From Octopus vulgaris (Eukaryota): a stretch of 64,000 nt of DNA. A model generated the notes under the pieces. That model made no database searches. It saw only the letters and a program-made list of their open reading frames with translations, and was not told the origin of the DNA. Both the position numbers and the translations under genes were made by a program. Below are positions 1 to 13,668 of this stretch, one piece after another (positions within the stretch are counted from its first letter, which is position 1; the number at the start of each line of letters is the position of its first letter). Location: positions 111,228,001 through 111,292,000 of the forward strand of contig OX597819.1 of NCBI GenBank assembly GCA_951406725.2. Reading direction: 5' to 3'.

Positions 1-319
1 ATAAAGTACTATTAAATAATGGTCGATGTAATCGACTTAGCCCCCACCCACAAAATTTCGGGCTTTGTGCCTCTATTAGGAAGAACTATATTAAAGCAAG
101 ATTAAGTATAACAACGGAATGCATATTGTCGGTGGGGTGGGGAATCAAGAGTTCTCTAATAAATTTATTATATAATTCATGTTCACGTGGACACGGAGAT
201 TCACTTAACGTCTTCTCCAAACGTGTTAAATAAACCATCAGGCAAAATGTTAAGTCCCGTCAACACGAGTTTTAAAAGAGACACCCACACGTTCACACAA
301 TCACACACACACACACACT

Positions 320-352
<33 letters not shown>

Positions 353-665
353 ACACAAACACACACATATAAAGACAGTTATATACATACGTACTCATAT
401 ATATTTCCTTGAAACGTATTTTAGCTACTTCAAAGAGCTAAGAAGCTCCTACGATTCCTGTATTACATCTAAAACAAAAAAGCCTCCATGAAAAAACCTT
501 ACTAAGAAGTACTTGTGTAGCAACATAAAAACACGGCCCAACTCATCAATAAACACACATTACTACATGTGTATATTTGTATGTAGTTGCCTATATAAGC
601 ATTACGTACTTACATTGTTACATGCGTTGGCGATGAACAGAGACCTGTTCATATACATACATACA

Positions 666-726
<61 letters not shown>

Positions 727-727
727 A

Positions 728-789
<62 letters not shown>

Positions 790-861
790 ATATATATTTA
801 TATATACATGTATATATATATATATTTATATATGTATGTGTATATGTATATGTATATTTTG

Positions 862-898
<37 letters not shown>

Positions 899-919
899 GT
901 GTGTGTATGTGTATGTATA

Positions 920-992
<73 letters not shown>

Positions 993-1476
993 AATCACTA
1001 CACACGCAGAGTCACACACACTCATACACGTACACGTATACAACACGCTTACGCATTCCTTGTTATCACTTAAATACTGTTTAGCGTTCTTGCAGAGTAG
1101 ATAACCATAGCATACACTACAAGAAACAACACCAAAAAAACACCAACACAAACAGCAAAAACAACAATTAGAGCAACATTAAGATTGCTGATTTCATTAC
1201 TTAGACTTTCAAAACATAGCCTGATTTTGCGTTTTTTTTTTTGTTTCCTTATTTTTGTGCTTGCTTTTTTTAAATGTTTTGTGGTTGGTGTTTTTTGTTG
1301 ACGTTTTCGATGTTGTTGTTTTTTGTTTTATTTTGGGGTGTTTTTTTTTTTGTTTTTTTTTTTATTTTATGACCTATCGTAAGTTAATTACGGAGGAAAG
1401 TGCAAGTCAGTCGTTCATTTAACTCTCAGACAAACAAACAGGAAGACATAGACACACATACAGACACTTAAGGTGG

Positions 1477-1525
<49 letters not shown>

Positions 1526-1643
1526 CGTGAGCGTGCGTGTGTACGATTTTTTGTGTACCTGTTAGAAAGAGAAATAGATATGTAGATTCCTTGAAAGACG
1601 GAGATATAGATAGACACAAGCATATATATTATATAAAGTTGTA

Positions 1644-1712
<69 letters not shown>

Positions 1713-1987
1713 CTATGCATGTATGTATTTATATGTCTATATATATGTTCGTATTTATATGTATACATATATACGTGTATATATATATATATATATATAG
1801 GTGTGTGTGTGTATGTATATAGACACGTATAACCACAAGCATATATGCAAGTATATATATACGCCACTTCACATGTGCATTTATGGATAAAAGCATATGT
1901 GCATGTATGTTCATATATGTATATGTGATACTGTTTGTGTATATGTGGTATGTATGTGTGTATATATATGTGCATAGATATAAATGA

Positions 1988-2024
<37 letters not shown>

Positions 2025-2219
2025 CAGATACATACATACATACCTGACGACAATGTTGTGCCATCAAAGAGTTGCTTGTTGGATATTATCTAACTTAAGA
2101 AATGTACACTCGTAAGAATACTCAAAAAGTAAATGACAATAAATATGAATGGCTATATATATATATGAACATATATATGTATATATATATACATACATAT
2201 ATATATGAACATATATATG

Positions 2220-2306
<87 letters not shown>

Positions 2307-2960
2307 ATACCTGTGACAACTGTATGTCTATACAAGTATATCTATGCATACATATATGTATGTGTGTATGTGTGTGTTTGTTTGCATGTGTATGTAGGTA
2401 TATGCAAATGTTTGTATACGTTTAGAAAACATTGGCAAAACAACCGCAGCAACACCAACAACAACAGCAGCAACAACAACTATGCCATCATCAGCAAAAT
2501 AATTAAAAGAAATGTTAAAAAAAAAGACACTCACTCACACACACAAACACACACACTCACACACATACGCGCGCACACACACACAAATAGCAAGAATTGC
2601 ACTAACATCGACCTGAAAATTTAAGAAGAAAGAAAAAAAAAAACAGAAAAAAGTAGAAGAAACACACGAAACAATGTCTCTTTCCTGTTATAAAGAAGTA
2701 ACACAGTAAATTTGTATTAAGTAAACAGAAGAAAAGTGTCACCAGTGCAATGTACAACAACAATAACAACAATAAAATCGACAACAACAACAACAGCAAC
2801 AACAAGAGTAGTAACATCATCGAGAAACGCAACATCAATTCCAAGATGTCTTCTACGTGTAGTTTATATAATGTAAAGTGTACAATTATTGGGTGTGTGA
2901 GTTCTTCTTACACCTGTGCTGCGCTGTAGCTGGTTGTGATGTCGCTTTTCCTTTTTTCCC

Positions 2961-3208
2961 CTTTTACTTGTTTCAGTCATTTGACTGTGGCCCATGCTGG
3001 AGCACCGCCTCTAGTCGAGCAAATCGACCCCATGACTTATTCTTTGTAAGCCTAGTATTTATTCTATCGGTCTCTTTGGCCGAACCGCTTAAGTTACGGG
3101 GACGTAAGCACACCAGCATCGGTTGTCAATCGATGTTGGGCGAAAAACACAGACACACAAACATATACACATATACATACAGACATACATCTATATATAC
3201 ATGCATAT

Positions 3209-3256
<48 letters not shown>

Positions 3257-3410
3257 AGACGCAATGGCCCAGTGGTTAGAACAGCGTACTCACGGTCGTA
3301 GGATCGCGAATTCGATTCCCAGACCGGGCGTTGTGAGTGAAAGTGATGCTCATTTGCAGCTATTATTCGTCAAGACAAGGAGACAGTAACACACACACAA
3401 AGACACACTT

Positions 3411-3478
<68 letters not shown>

Positions 3479-3612
3479 GGCAGCCTTCTTTCAGTTTCCA
3501 TCTACCAAATCCATTCACAAGGCTTTGGTCAACCTGGAGCTATACTTGTCCATGTAGTAGGACTGAACCCAGGACCATGAGGTTGGGAAGCAAACTTCTT
3601 ACCACACAGCCA
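2961..3612 (-). mobile_element. tRNA-derived SINE family A (Octopus-type), interrupted by a family C head and microsatellites
   Basis: Reverse complement of the family A tail (ggcggtgctccagcatgg...cagtcaaatgactgaaacaagtaaaag) and head (ggctgtgtggtaagaagtttgc...cctgggttcagtcc), shared with many copies in the window. Confidence 0.8.
3255..3340 (+). mobile_element. SINE family C tRNA-like head (5' fragment)
   Basis: ggagacgcaatggcccagtggttagaacagcg...ttcgattcccagaccgggcg has A-box and B-box-like motifs; matches 35939 and 60926. Confidence 0.7.
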
Positions 3613-3723
3613 TACAGTGAAATCTATACTTCAGAATTAATTAATTAATTACCGCCAAATGCCAAATTATTTTGCACGGAGTGCTAACGACTCTGCTAGC
3701 TCGCCCCCTAACATACACCCTTA

Positions 3724-5156
3724 TATTAGTTTGTAAAGAAAGGCATGTCACAATTTTGACTGATCAATTTGAGGGAACTTTTGCAAAATTATGGTAAAAT
3801 ACGCATTAATTTTTACATTCCAATATTTGGTTTTCTTTGCAGATTACTTTATACCATGGTGGTTAAATTTTAGTTGAGTTTATTCTTTCAAAATGAGTTT
3901 AGATCGGACTCCGAACAAACATTGCATGTTGTACGAATTTAAAGAGTTCTTCAATAATGAAAGCAACAAGAAATATTCTGCCTATGTAAATGAAGCTTTA
4001 AGCATTTGCACATAGCAACGATGATGTGGCCAGTTTCAATTGGGGAATTTACCCTCGCAGACTTCTTTCGATCTGGCCGACCAAGATCTGCCATCACGGG
4101 ACTTCTCCGCCGTATGGGAGGATAATCAAGGGAAGCTGCTCGAGAATAACCAAATGTTGTAGTCAAGTCACGCATTCACGGATTAGGATAATCGTTTAAA
4201 CTTCGTCAGTGAGTCTCTCATCATCTGACTGTTTCTCAGCTTAATAAAAGAGTTGCCCTCTGCTCATCGCCGAAATTTTCCTGGCTAGAATCATTACAAG
4301 TTTTGAAAAATTGATTTTCTATAATTACAACCAATGAAAACGACGATGGTTAGCAAGACTACATCCGAAGAAAAAAAAAAAAAAAAGCCAGCTATGCTTT
4401 GTGTTTGGTACAATATGAAGTGTATTGTCTATAATGAAATATCAAAGGCGGCGAGCTGGCAGAAACGTTAGCGCGCCGGGCGAAATGCTTAGCCGTATTT
4501 CGTCTGCCGTTACGTTCTGGGTTCAAATTCCGCCGAGGTCGACTTTGCCTTTCATCCTTTCGGGGTCGATAAATTAAGTACCAGTTACGCACTGGGGTCG
4601 ATGTAATCGACTTAATCCGTTTGTCTGTCCTTGTTTTTCCCCTCTGTGTTTAGCCCCTTGTGGGTAATAAAGAAATATATAATGAAATATCAAACAAGAC
4701 CAAACAGTTAATTCGGAGAAGTATTGTCTTCAATTAGAAGCATTGCACAAAAAATTGCAGAAAAGTGTCCATCGTTGGTCAGTAATAAAAATGTGTCACT
4801 CTTACACGATAGTCCAAGACCACATAGTGCCCAAGTTGCTTAGTAAAAAAACAGCATTAAATGTTGAAGTTTAGCTTCATCATGGTTACTTTCCTGACTT
4901 TACTCCATCATCTTTCCAGGTCATTTAGAAGGAAAACAGTTTATGAACTGTGAAGAGATTAAAAATTATATTGGGTGTTTCTTTGCTTCGAAACCCGAAA
5001 AATTTATGGGCGGTGGATCAACAGTTTGCCAGATAGATGTGATTATGTTGTCATTAACGGGAGAGGAATATTATCGTGATTAACTATTAAGACCAAAGGA
5101 CCAGCTGTTTCTTTCGCATCTTGAAATGCAGCAGGACTTTCTTTTCAACCTAAAAT
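3724..5156 (+). mobile_element. Full-length decayed Tc1/mariner (mariner-type) transposon with a SINE inserted
   Basis: Imperfect TIRs tattagtttgtaaagaaaggcatg / caggactttcttttcaacctaa. Frameshifted transposase motifs from about 3893: HCMLYEF, RSGRP, (W)VSHHL, FLARIITSFEKLIFY, LHPKK..MLCVW, TVNSEKYCLQL, LLHDSPRPH, HHGYFPDFTPS (YSPDLAPS-like), GINSLPDR. Confidence 0.85.
4447..4677 (+). mobile_element. tRNA-derived SINE family B inserted in the mariner, with TSD
   Basis: ggcggcgagctggcagaaacgttagc...gggttcaaattcc...gcctttcatcctttcggggtcgataaattaagtaccag; flanked by direct repeat ataatgaaatatcaaa. Confidence 0.85.
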
Positions 5157-5498
5157 ATATAGGGAAATGTCATCGGAATTATAAGAGTAGTTTACTCTTT
5201 TGACTGTTCATGTGTAAAATAACACAGGCCAACAAAAAGTGTTTTAATCAGTTATCAAAGAATTTGAACCTGAACTAAGGTTTTCCTTATACACAAAATC
5301 CAAAAATGACATCCATCATGTCAAAATTTTAAGATACTGGAGCCATAGAATTTCATTGTTTTTTTTTTATTTCAATAAAACGGCTTATGAGGAACAAGGC
5401 ATAACGTAACATACAAACTTACATTGGTTTTTCCTGAAAACCAAGATGATTCCTTAAAATTCTACTGAGAAACTAATAAAAGTCTCAAAAATTTCTAC

Positions 5499-5889
5499 AG
5501 GAGCGGCTGTGTGGTAAGTAGCTTGCTTACCAACCACATGGTTCTGGCTTCAGTCCTACTGCGTGGCACCTACTATAGCCTCAGGCCGACCAAAGCCTTG
5601 TGAGTGGATTTGGTAGACAGAAACTGAAAGAAGCCTGTCGTATATATAAATATACATGTATGTATGTATGTGTGTGTATATGTTTGTATCTGTGTTTGTC
5701 ACCCAACATCGCTTGACAACCGATGCTGGCGTGTTTACGTTCCCGTAACTTAGCGGTTCGGCAAAAGAGACCGATAGACTAAGTACTAGGCTTACAAAGA
5801 ATAAGTCCTGGGGGCAATTTGCTCGACTAAAGGCAGTGCTCCAGAATGGCCGCAGTCAAATGACTGAACCAAGTAAAAGAGTAAAAGAG
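5499..5889 (+). mobile_element. SINE family A, near full length
   Basis: Head aggagcggctgtgtggtaagtagcttgc, internal (TA/TG) tract, tail ...gcagtcaaatgactgaaccaagtaaaagagtaaaaga. Confidence 0.85.
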
Positions 5890-6128
5890 ACAAATTACAT
5901 CATTTATGCCTAATTACCCATGAATTTGTTTGGATGATTTTCTTGAGTGCTAAACCTTAGGAAGATCAAGAGCCAAACTCCAGCAATAACCTGCCTCATA
6001 TTCAAGACTTAATACTTTTGTTCCATTGGTATTATGTCTTGTTGGAAACGTGCTCCTGGTTCGACATTTGTGTCAGCAAGATTTTCGAGAACTTTATCAA
6101 GGTGACTGTGGAGATACTTTCTTTTGGT

Positions 6129-6340
6129 CTTTTACTTGTTTCAATCATTTGACTGCGGCCATGCTGGAGCCATGCTGGAGCCATGCTGGAGCACCACATT
6201 TAGTCGAGCAAATCGCCCCCAGGACTTATTCTTTGTAAGCCTAATACTTATTCTATCAGTCTCTTTTGCCGAACCGCTCAGTTACGGGGACGTAAACACA
6301 CCAGCACCGGTTGTCAAGCGATGCTGGGGGGACAAACCCA

Positions 6341-6384
<44 letters not shown>

Positions 6385-6438
6385 GATATATATATATATA
6401 CATATATACTACGGGCTTCTTTCTGTTTCCGTCTACCC
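6129..6438 (-). mobile_element. SINE family A, 5'-truncated, with an internal 11-bp triplication (gccatgctgga)
   Basis: Matches the family A 3' half in reverse. Confidence 0.8.
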
Positions 6439-6613
6439 AATTAGGAGAGATTGTAGATTTACCTGTGTATTTTGAAGGACTTTGAGAGCTAGGGATTGCT
6501 CCAGTTATAAACTGCTTTCTAGTAAATCCAATCCCGTTCTCTCTCTAGCTCTACTTTAAATAACTTGTGGGAGCTGGCTTCAACTCGAGAACACAGTATG
6601 TCTTTCCATGTCC

Positions 6614-6791
6614 GGTAAGTTCACCGTCATCATTTCACCGTTTTTTTTCCATACAATAGTTTCTAACTATTAATGCTGAGGTCTTGCGGATATATTTTTT
6701 GCAGCAAATTTTTTTCGCGATGAATCTTCCTCACAGTGAACTTACCTCATGGTTAACTTCCTTCACGGTGAATTATGGCGGTGAACTTACC
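6614..6791. mobile_element. Putative MITE
   Basis: Terminal inverted repeat ggtaagttcaccg / cggtgaacttacc with degenerate subterminal copies. Confidence 0.4.
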
Positions 6792-7184
6792 TGTAATCGG
6801 GTCTTTCATTGGTTTTTATTTGGCTACGTTCTTGGGCCAGCCGCATAGTTTGCCAGTCCACATGCAGGGTGTTTTCACGAGATACCACACGCGTGGATGC
6901 ACATTTCTTACTTGGTAAATTAGGTAAGGGAGTCGGTTCAGTAGCTGACCCCTTAAACATTTAACAGGTAGTATTGGGTTACCAATTGCAGGATCTTTCT
7001 GACATAAACCAAGGTATATATTATTGGCCCTATATTCAGGGATGGTGTTTATGTCATTGGTTAAATACGTAGCGTTGCTGGCAACTGCAATTCCACAAAC
7101 GTAATATTAGTGACAAAACAACGAACAATGTAAAATGAAGAAAATGAGTTCAATACCTATATATTTACTCTGCAATTATATATT

Positions 7185-7392
7185 GGTTTCAAATTTTGGC
7201 ACAAGGCCAGCAATTATGGAGTAAGGGTAAGTCGATTACATCGACCCCAGTACTTAACTGGCCCTTATTTTATCTATCCCGAAGGGATGAAGGGCAAAAT
7301 CGATCTCATTGGAATTTGAACTCAGAACGTAAAGACGGACGAAATGCCGCTAAGCATTTTGGCCAAGTACTGACGATTCTGCCTTATCGCCA
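7185..7392 (-). mobile_element. SINE family B (diverged)
   Basis: gtcgattacatcgaccccagtac...gaagggatgaagggcaaaatcga...ggaatttgaactcagaacgt. Confidence 0.75.
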
Positions 7393-7629
7393 CTTATCTC
7401 TATAATTATATATTGGAAAGTAGATACGTAAGTTGGTTTCTGTTCAGCTTACCGCACTTAGTTACATAAAGTTTTATGGTATGACAGTTCAAACCTCAAT
7501 TAGATCAACTACCTTTCATCCTTTTGAGGTGAGTGAAAATGTATTAATCCTGAGCGGTGAATTGGCGAAACTGCACACCGAGTTGGGGAAAATGTTTTGT
7601 GGCATCTCTTTCGACTCTGGTTTCTAATA

Positions 7630-7800
7630 GCCAGGCCTGCATCTACACGGGGGCTAAGCTATATCGGCCAAATTCGACAACAGTATTGCCCTAGGACAGA
7701 ATCAGAGGCGTGGACAGTAGAGACCTGCAAGCAAAGACAACTGCAAGTCTTTAGCAACAAATGTCGACTAGGCATGCGTGTGTATGTGCAGATGGACGAT
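7630..7800 (+). pseudogene. RTE-clade LINE ORF2 C-terminal fragment
   Basis: Translation ESEAWTVETCKQRQLQVFSNKC resembles the RTE motif GSETWT...LEVF..RCLR. Confidence 0.45.
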
Positions 7801-8042
7801 CAGCCTTAACCAATCAAGTCTCTTATGGTAGTCATCAGACGAGAATGTGAAGAGATTACGCAAAACATGTATTTGATTGATCGAAACTGCTGAATGTCTC
7901 AAATGTTACACCGAGTTTCTCTCTTTCTGAGTTTGTTAAGGAAACAGGCAACTGAATGCTCCTCTCACCTGCATAGAACAAATATCACAAATCGCCAAAA
8001 GATCCGAGTGTACCGATACGAAAATATTTTACTTTCAAAGAA

Positions 8043-8132
<90 letters not shown>

Positions 8133-8139
8133 ACACACA

Positions 8140-8560
8140 TCTGGAAAATCCTAGAAGGACTTGTCCCAAACATTGGCATCTTAAGTTTCACAAATACTAG
8201 AACTGCGTGCCACTGCATAATGCCAAATACTCCAAATTTGCCATCAAGATGTAGGACAAGATACTGCAATAGCCTAGGCTTCACAACTCTTTAATATCCT
8301 ACCGAAGGACCTGAGAGACTTGCATGGGTGGATGTAGGTGTCTTCAAAATAAAGTTGTACCTCTTCTTGTCAGGTGTCCCAGATGAACCAACTTCGCAGC
8401 AGGAGGTGCAGATGAGGGCAGCTGCATCAAACTCTCTCATGTACCAAATGTCAATCCCTAAAAAGCATTCGTGAAGTATAATTATGTAGCAACACCAAGT
8501 GGCGGTGCCCCAGCATGGCCACAGCTCGTGAGCTGAAACTAGATAAAATAAAAATAAAGA
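8140..8560 (+). mobile_element. CR1/L2-group LINE 3' end
   Basis: Frameshifted WKILEGLVPN..., RTRYCNSLGF, QLFNILPKDLRDLHG, LFLSGVPDEPT, RAAASNSL, then 3' UTR ggcggtgccccagcatggccacagctcgtgagctgaaac and a (TAAAA)n tail. Confidence 0.75.
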
Positions 8561-8580
8561 AATAATAAAAATATATATAC

Positions 8581-8639
<59 letters not shown>

Positions 8640-9588
8640 TATACATACATATATACATATATATATATATGTGTACACACACATATATATTATACAATAT
8701 GTAAATTTATACATATTATATATATGCACTTATATTAATATATACATATATTATGTATATATATGAAGACAGAACGAGATACTCGTTTTCCCTAAGGCCG
8801 TTTCTTCTCCCTTCTCCCAGCAAAATGGAGCATCAAATGGAGAAATGGGAAGATGGAAACAAAAATGAAAAAGAAAAAAAACAAACCCAAACAAGAAGGG
8901 AAAAAAAAGATAAAATAAAGAAAGAAAGGAAATATAAAAAAATTATGGCGATGCAAGCTTCAAAAATAACCCATATACCAAGATCAATCTTGCCATTAAC
9001 ACGTTGAAGTTGTTTGTACTTAGGAAATTCTCAATCTAAAATAGGTTAATAGATTTTACAGTTTTCTTTAATTTGATGTGCATTAATGAGAAACTCTCGT
9101 CAGTCTTTCGTAAAGTCAGTGTTAATGCATGAATGTGTGTGTGTGTGCGTGTTTGTACGTGTATGTGTGTGTGTGATGCGTGAGCGAGTCTGTGGTGAGG
9201 GCGTAAGATGCTTGCTCTCCATCTCTCACCATGCATGTTTGCATCTTCGCATGTGCTAATGTGGATATGTATGTATATGTTAGACGGCAGGTAGGCATGC
9301 ATGTAGGTCAACGAGTGTGTACGTCTTCGTAGAAACAAATAAACACGCGCGCGCGCACACCTCACACATGTATTTCTATATATATTTATATGTATGTATG
9401 TATGAGTGTGTGTGTGTGTGTTGATATATATATACATACATATATAATAATGTACAAACAATTTACGTATTTATACACGAAAGAGGTGACATTTGACAGG
9501 GTACCTTACATGCTAGAAAGAGTAGTGAAAACCCAAACCACTAAATTTTCTACCCTTATTATATACATACCTATATACATACATACAT

Positions 9589-9658
<70 letters not shown>

Positions 9659-9711
9659 GTATATATACATAGATACGCTACATATGTATACATACATTTA
9701 TATGTATATGC

Positions 9712-9745
<34 letters not shown>

Positions 9746-9754
9746 TATATATAC

Positions 9755-9798
<44 letters not shown>

Positions 9799-10276
9799 AA
9801 CTCTACTTATGTACCTGGTGAGATGAACACTTTGTTTGCATATTTTAGAGCATGTGTATACATCGGCAATAAGAAGATAAGAAGAAACATGCTTATATGT
9901 GTGAGTGCATATAAAAATATATGACTCTTTTATACTCTTTACAATTTCACACGCTGCAGTCATTTGACTGCGGCCATGCTGGAGGCTAGAGCACCGCCTT
10001 GAAGGGTTTTAATCGAAAACATCGACCCCGCCAGGACTTATTTCTGAAGCCTTTCCTTTGGCTATCATCAGTGGCGTGGATTGGGGAGTCTAGTTTGCAT
10101 GTGTTACTGCCTTTAGCTTAAGTTCTTCGCCCAGCTGGTTTCCAGTAGTATCGGTGATAATAGGGCGAAACTACTAAAGCATTCCGGACTCCAGCTGAAG
10201 AGGAAATTTAGCTGCGAATGATCCATGTATCTAGCTTTGTCTTTTTTGACGCGCTTTTTTTCTGCAAATATATATT

Positions 10277-10313
<37 letters not shown>

Positions 10314-10799
10314 ATAGATAGACAAGTACATACATACATACATACATACATACATACATACATACATACATACATACATACATAAATATATACATACATA
10401 CATGGGGTGCCGAAATTTCCTTTGCTTTGGGCAAAAGAAAATCCAGGAGAATCAGTTCATTATGACTTTTTATCAGCATATTCCCCACTCAGATTCAGAC
10501 ACTTATTGCAGCGGTCCTACAGTTTCTCTAAGCCCTGTAAAAGGACTCAGAAGGTTGGGCCTCCAACCAGGCCTTTCGCAATACCTTTAAAGCCAAGAAC
10601 TTTTCAGCACCCCTCACCCTCTCGTATATATACATGTATCTATTATATGAATAGACACTAATAAAGCAGTACCGACAATATTGCAAGGTTGCATTTGCAA
10701 AAGTGATTTGTCACTGTAGCAGAAAACACGTGTAGGTCATTATCATATACTGTATAGAACTATAAAAGAAATTTGGTGGATGTACGACTCTCCATACTG

Positions 10800-10834
<35 letters not shown>

Positions 10835-10859
10835 CATTATTATTATTATTATTATTATA

Positions 10860-11021
10860 GGCGCAGGAGTGGCTGTGTGGTAGGTAGCTTGTTTACCGAC
10901 CACATGGTTCCTGGTTCAATCCCACTGCGTGGCACCTTGGGCAAGTGTCTTCTACTATAGCTTCGGGCCGACCAGAGCCTTGTGAGTGGATTTGGTAGAC
11001 GGAAACTGAAAGAAGCCTGTC

Positions 11022-11065
<44 letters not shown>

Positions 11066-11265
11066 TTCAAACTATATATGAACTTTATGATGTCTGACTC
11101 CATTGTGTATTATAAATGAATTTCTTATATTTGATAGCATGAACTATCTTTTTTTATATATAACTTTTTTTGATAAGGTTCATTTCAGGAACTGAAACAT
11201 GTTATAATGTATATATAAAAATAAAAAATTGTATAATATAGCAGCATTTTCGAACTTCATTTTTT

Positions 11266-11329
<64 letters not shown>

Positions 11330-11570
11330 GTATGTATGTATGTATGTGTATGTGTTTGTGTGTCTGTGTTTGTCCCCCTAGCATTGCTTTGACAACCGAT
11401 GCTGGTGTGTTTATGTCCCCGTTACTTAGGGGTTCGGCAAAAGAGACTGATAGAATAAGTACTGGGCTTACAAAAGAATAAGTCCGGGGTCGAGTTGCTC
11501 GATTAAATCGGTGCTCCAGCATGGCCGCAGTCAAATGACTGAAACGAGTAAAAGAGAAAAAGAGAAAAAG
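10860..11570 (+). mobile_element. SINE family A split by a ~300-bp segment in its internal (TA)n tract
   Basis: 5' half at 10860-11025 and 3' half at 11330-11570 both match family A. Confidence 0.75.
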
Positions 11571-11578
11571 AAAAAAAG

Positions 11579-11653
<75 letters not shown>

Positions 11654-12335
11654 AATTAATGAATAAAACATATGCATATATACATACATATATGTACGTA
11701 CCTACCTCTACATGTATATATACATGCATATATGGGTACAGGACATACAAAACAAGGAAAATTCTCCTTCTTCAGTCGCCTTAGTTTCATCTACTCCTTG
11801 TTCGAAGGTCAAGGCGATACATGACTTCAATAAAACTTTCCTTCCCGCGAAAATCAAATTAAATAAAATTTGAAATTTTTTTGCGGAGGGGTAAAATCGG
11901 TAACAAAAACAGGACAGTAACGACAGTACAAAATATAAACAGTAAAAGAGAGGGCACGGAGAATAACAGTAACACAAACAAGAAGGGCTGTTAAGCCAAA
12001 CGAGATAATTTTTTTTTACGAACGCTATTTTTTGAGAACGGCAGAGAGCAACAGATTTTACCGTCTCTACTTGAAGGAAGCCAGGAGAAGAAACATAGTG
12101 GGACCCATCTCATCACGCGACCGCGACGGGAGGGAGGAGGAGGAGTAAGAGAAAGGGAGAGAAAAAGGGAATGATTGTAGAGAAAAGAATGAAGAATGAG
12201 AGAGAGAGGGAGAGGCAGTAAGGTAGAAGAAAAGGAAAGCCAAAAGAATGAAGGCTGAGAAAGGGAGGGGAGAGAAAGGTTAAGAGTGCGCATCAGTATT
12301 AATATTAAGAACAATCTTACTTAGAAATGGATGCA

Positions 12336-13173
12336 TATATATAATAAACCTTTACATAAATAAATAATGTGAAATACACGAAGGGACGAACAAAAAGACA
12401 AACGGGTCATTCAAAGCCTTCGTTCTTCAGTCAGAAACTGATCTCTCATCGCAGATTTCGGCTGTTTAATTCTGAGATCCGCTCTGAATCAATCAGCCAC
12501 AGAAGGAAAGAATGCAACGCAACAGAGACGAACATGAAACGAAAAAATCTTTTTTGGAGACAGTAACGGTTAAAAACATGAATGACACAGGCGCCCTACG
12601 GCTTTGAGACAAAAAGAGACACAAAAACAATATCAGCAAGCGTGGAAAAATAATTATCTTTTCGGTGATGAGACACATGTTGAACAAGCGGCCGATGGCA
12701 ACAGAATGGCTGAGGCAGCAAGTCGCAAGAGGGTGAGAGAGAGAAGGGGGTAAGAGAGAGAGGGGACCAAGGAGGGTGGAAGGCGGGGACAGAAGCAGTG
12801 CCAAGAGAGGGAGGTAGAGAAGGAATCAGAGAAGAAGCAGTGACCAAAAGAGAGAGAGAGAGAGAAGGAATCAGAGAGGCTGGGAGAAAAAGGCGCCAAA
12901 ACAATTTGGCAACGAAGCAATGGCGAAGGAAAGAAAAAGGTTTAAAGACATCGTGCAGGGGTGGTGATACGATAAACATAAAGAAGTTATTATGCACGTA
13001 CGCTGCGAAATATATAATAAACCTTTACATAAATAAATAACGTGAAATACACGAAGGGACGAACAAAAAGACAAACGGGTCATTCAAAGCCTTCGTTCTT
13101 CAGTCAGAAACTGATCCCTCATCGCAGATTTCGGCTGTTTAATTCTGAGATCCGCTCTGAATCAGCCAGCCAC
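12336..13173 (-). mobile_element. Non-coding element with ~165-bp terminal direct repeats (pLTR-like partial tandem, period 673 bp)
   Basis: 12336-12500 is nearly identical to 13009-13173; purine-rich spacer; TA tract at the right end; related sequence at about 59500-59700. Confidence 0.6.
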
Positions 13174-13254
13174 GCATATATATATATATATAATGTAATA
13201 ATTACTGTGAAGCATTGTGTAGAATATATTGTATAAAAGATCGTGGGTAAGGCC

Positions 13255-13430
13255 AAAACAGTGCGAAGTAAATGCAACGTAAATCACAAGAAAGCAAATG
13301 TGAATTGATGTAGACGTCAGTTTCTTGGGGATGGAGTCATAACCCCGAAATATAGAATACAAGGTAAGTCTACATAAATTCACATATTTGTTTTCTTGTG
13401 ATTTACCTTGCATTTACTTCGCATTGTTTT
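13255..13430. repeat. Inverted repeat with ~62-bp arms and a ~50-bp loop containing a degenerate hammerhead-like motif
   Basis: aaaacagtgcgaagtaaatgcaacgtaaatcacaagaaa...gtagac pairs with gtctac...ttcttgtgatttaccttgcatttacttcgcattgtttt. Confidence 0.8.
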
Positions 13431-13668
13431 CAGCTCAGAGCTGCGGCCATGCTGGTGCACCGCCGTTTTGCTACGCTGTTATTACTAAGAACATCCTCTA
13501 ATATGTGGCACTTGGAGAAGAATGGAGTTTGATATAGCTACCCTCATTTGCACCTCTTGCCGTGTTGTAGGTTCATCTGGGACTCTCGACAGGAAGAGGT
13601 CCAACTTTGATTTAAAAAACCCTACATCTAATTTGTGCAGCTCCTCAGACTCTTTGGGAGAATATTAA
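13428..13668 (-). mobile_element. CR1/L2-group LINE 3' end
   Basis: Reverse homolog of 8290-8540 (LDLFLSRVPDEPT...SNS; same 3' tail). Confidence 0.7.
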
